Both the position numbers and the translations under genes were made by a program. The notes under the pieces are model-generated. The model was not told the DNA's origin. It did no database searches and was given only the letters and a program-made list of their open reading frames with translations. From the NCBI GenBank assembly GCA_038214755.1, contig JBBQRQ010000112.1, positions 1 through 16,110 on the forward strand: 16,110 nucleotides of DNA. The letters run 5' to 3'. Source of the stretch: Verrucomicrobiota bacterium. Its GTDB lineage: Bacteria > Verrucomicrobiota > Verrucomicrobiia > Limisphaerales > CANJXF01. This document shows positions 15,917 to 16,110 of this stretch, one piece after another; the stretch's first letter is position 1; every line of letters begins with the position of its first letter.

Positions 15917-16110
15917 GGGTGTGATTTAAACTGGCGGTCAGTTGGTCAGTTGTAGCGCAGGATTGCATACTGCCGTAGCGCAGGTTTTCAACCTGCGAGA
16001 TGCCGCCAGAACGGGATACCTTCGAAACCTAAAGACTCTCTCTATTTGCGACGTTCAGCCGGTTTCAAACCGGCGATACAGCAGGATGCAATCCTGCGCT
16101 ACGTGACCGC
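15917..16110. mobile_element. Second copy of the TIR-bounded REP-containing element, truncated by the window end
   Basis: Left TIR GGGTGTGATTTAAACTGGCGGTCA (15917-15940) is 22/24 identical to the right TIR of copy 1. REP doublet from GTAG (15952) to CTAC (16102). The right TIR begins TGACCGC at 16104-16110. Confidence 0.82.

Noticed and set aside
1708..16102. Recurring GTAGCGCAG repeats as a CRISPR array or integron attC sites
   Set aside because: Dispersed, variable and inverted rather than regularly spaced. No cas or integrase gene, and no convincing RYYYAAC/GTTRRRY boxes.

Overview
Bacterial chromosomal window, most likely Verrucomicrobiota (Pedosphaerales-like). This is an inference from gene content: two H-Xn-DG prepilin-like genes, a secreted sulfatase and a large Ig/LamG protein ending in an '...FYRL' domain. 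Genes from left to right: sulfatase (+), TlpA-like thioredoxin (+), SLT lytic transglycosylase (+), secreted double-NIPSNAP protein (-), a co-oriented cassette of prepilin / 1417-aa multi-repeat secreted protein / prepilin (-), M42 peptidase (+), an NCS1 transporter broken by a 1-nt frameshift (-), a PIN/VapC remnant missing from the ORF track (-) and cinA (-). Nearly every intergenic gap holds a palindromic repeat, from about six families. The most unusual non-coding structure is a 188-bp element at 9965-10152: 25-bp terminal inverted repeats and a 9-bp flanking duplication enclose a GTAG-type REP doublet. A second copy starts at 15917 and runs off the window end. No rRNA, tRNA, CRISPR array or transposase gene was seen. 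All family assignments come from motif recognition, not database searches.
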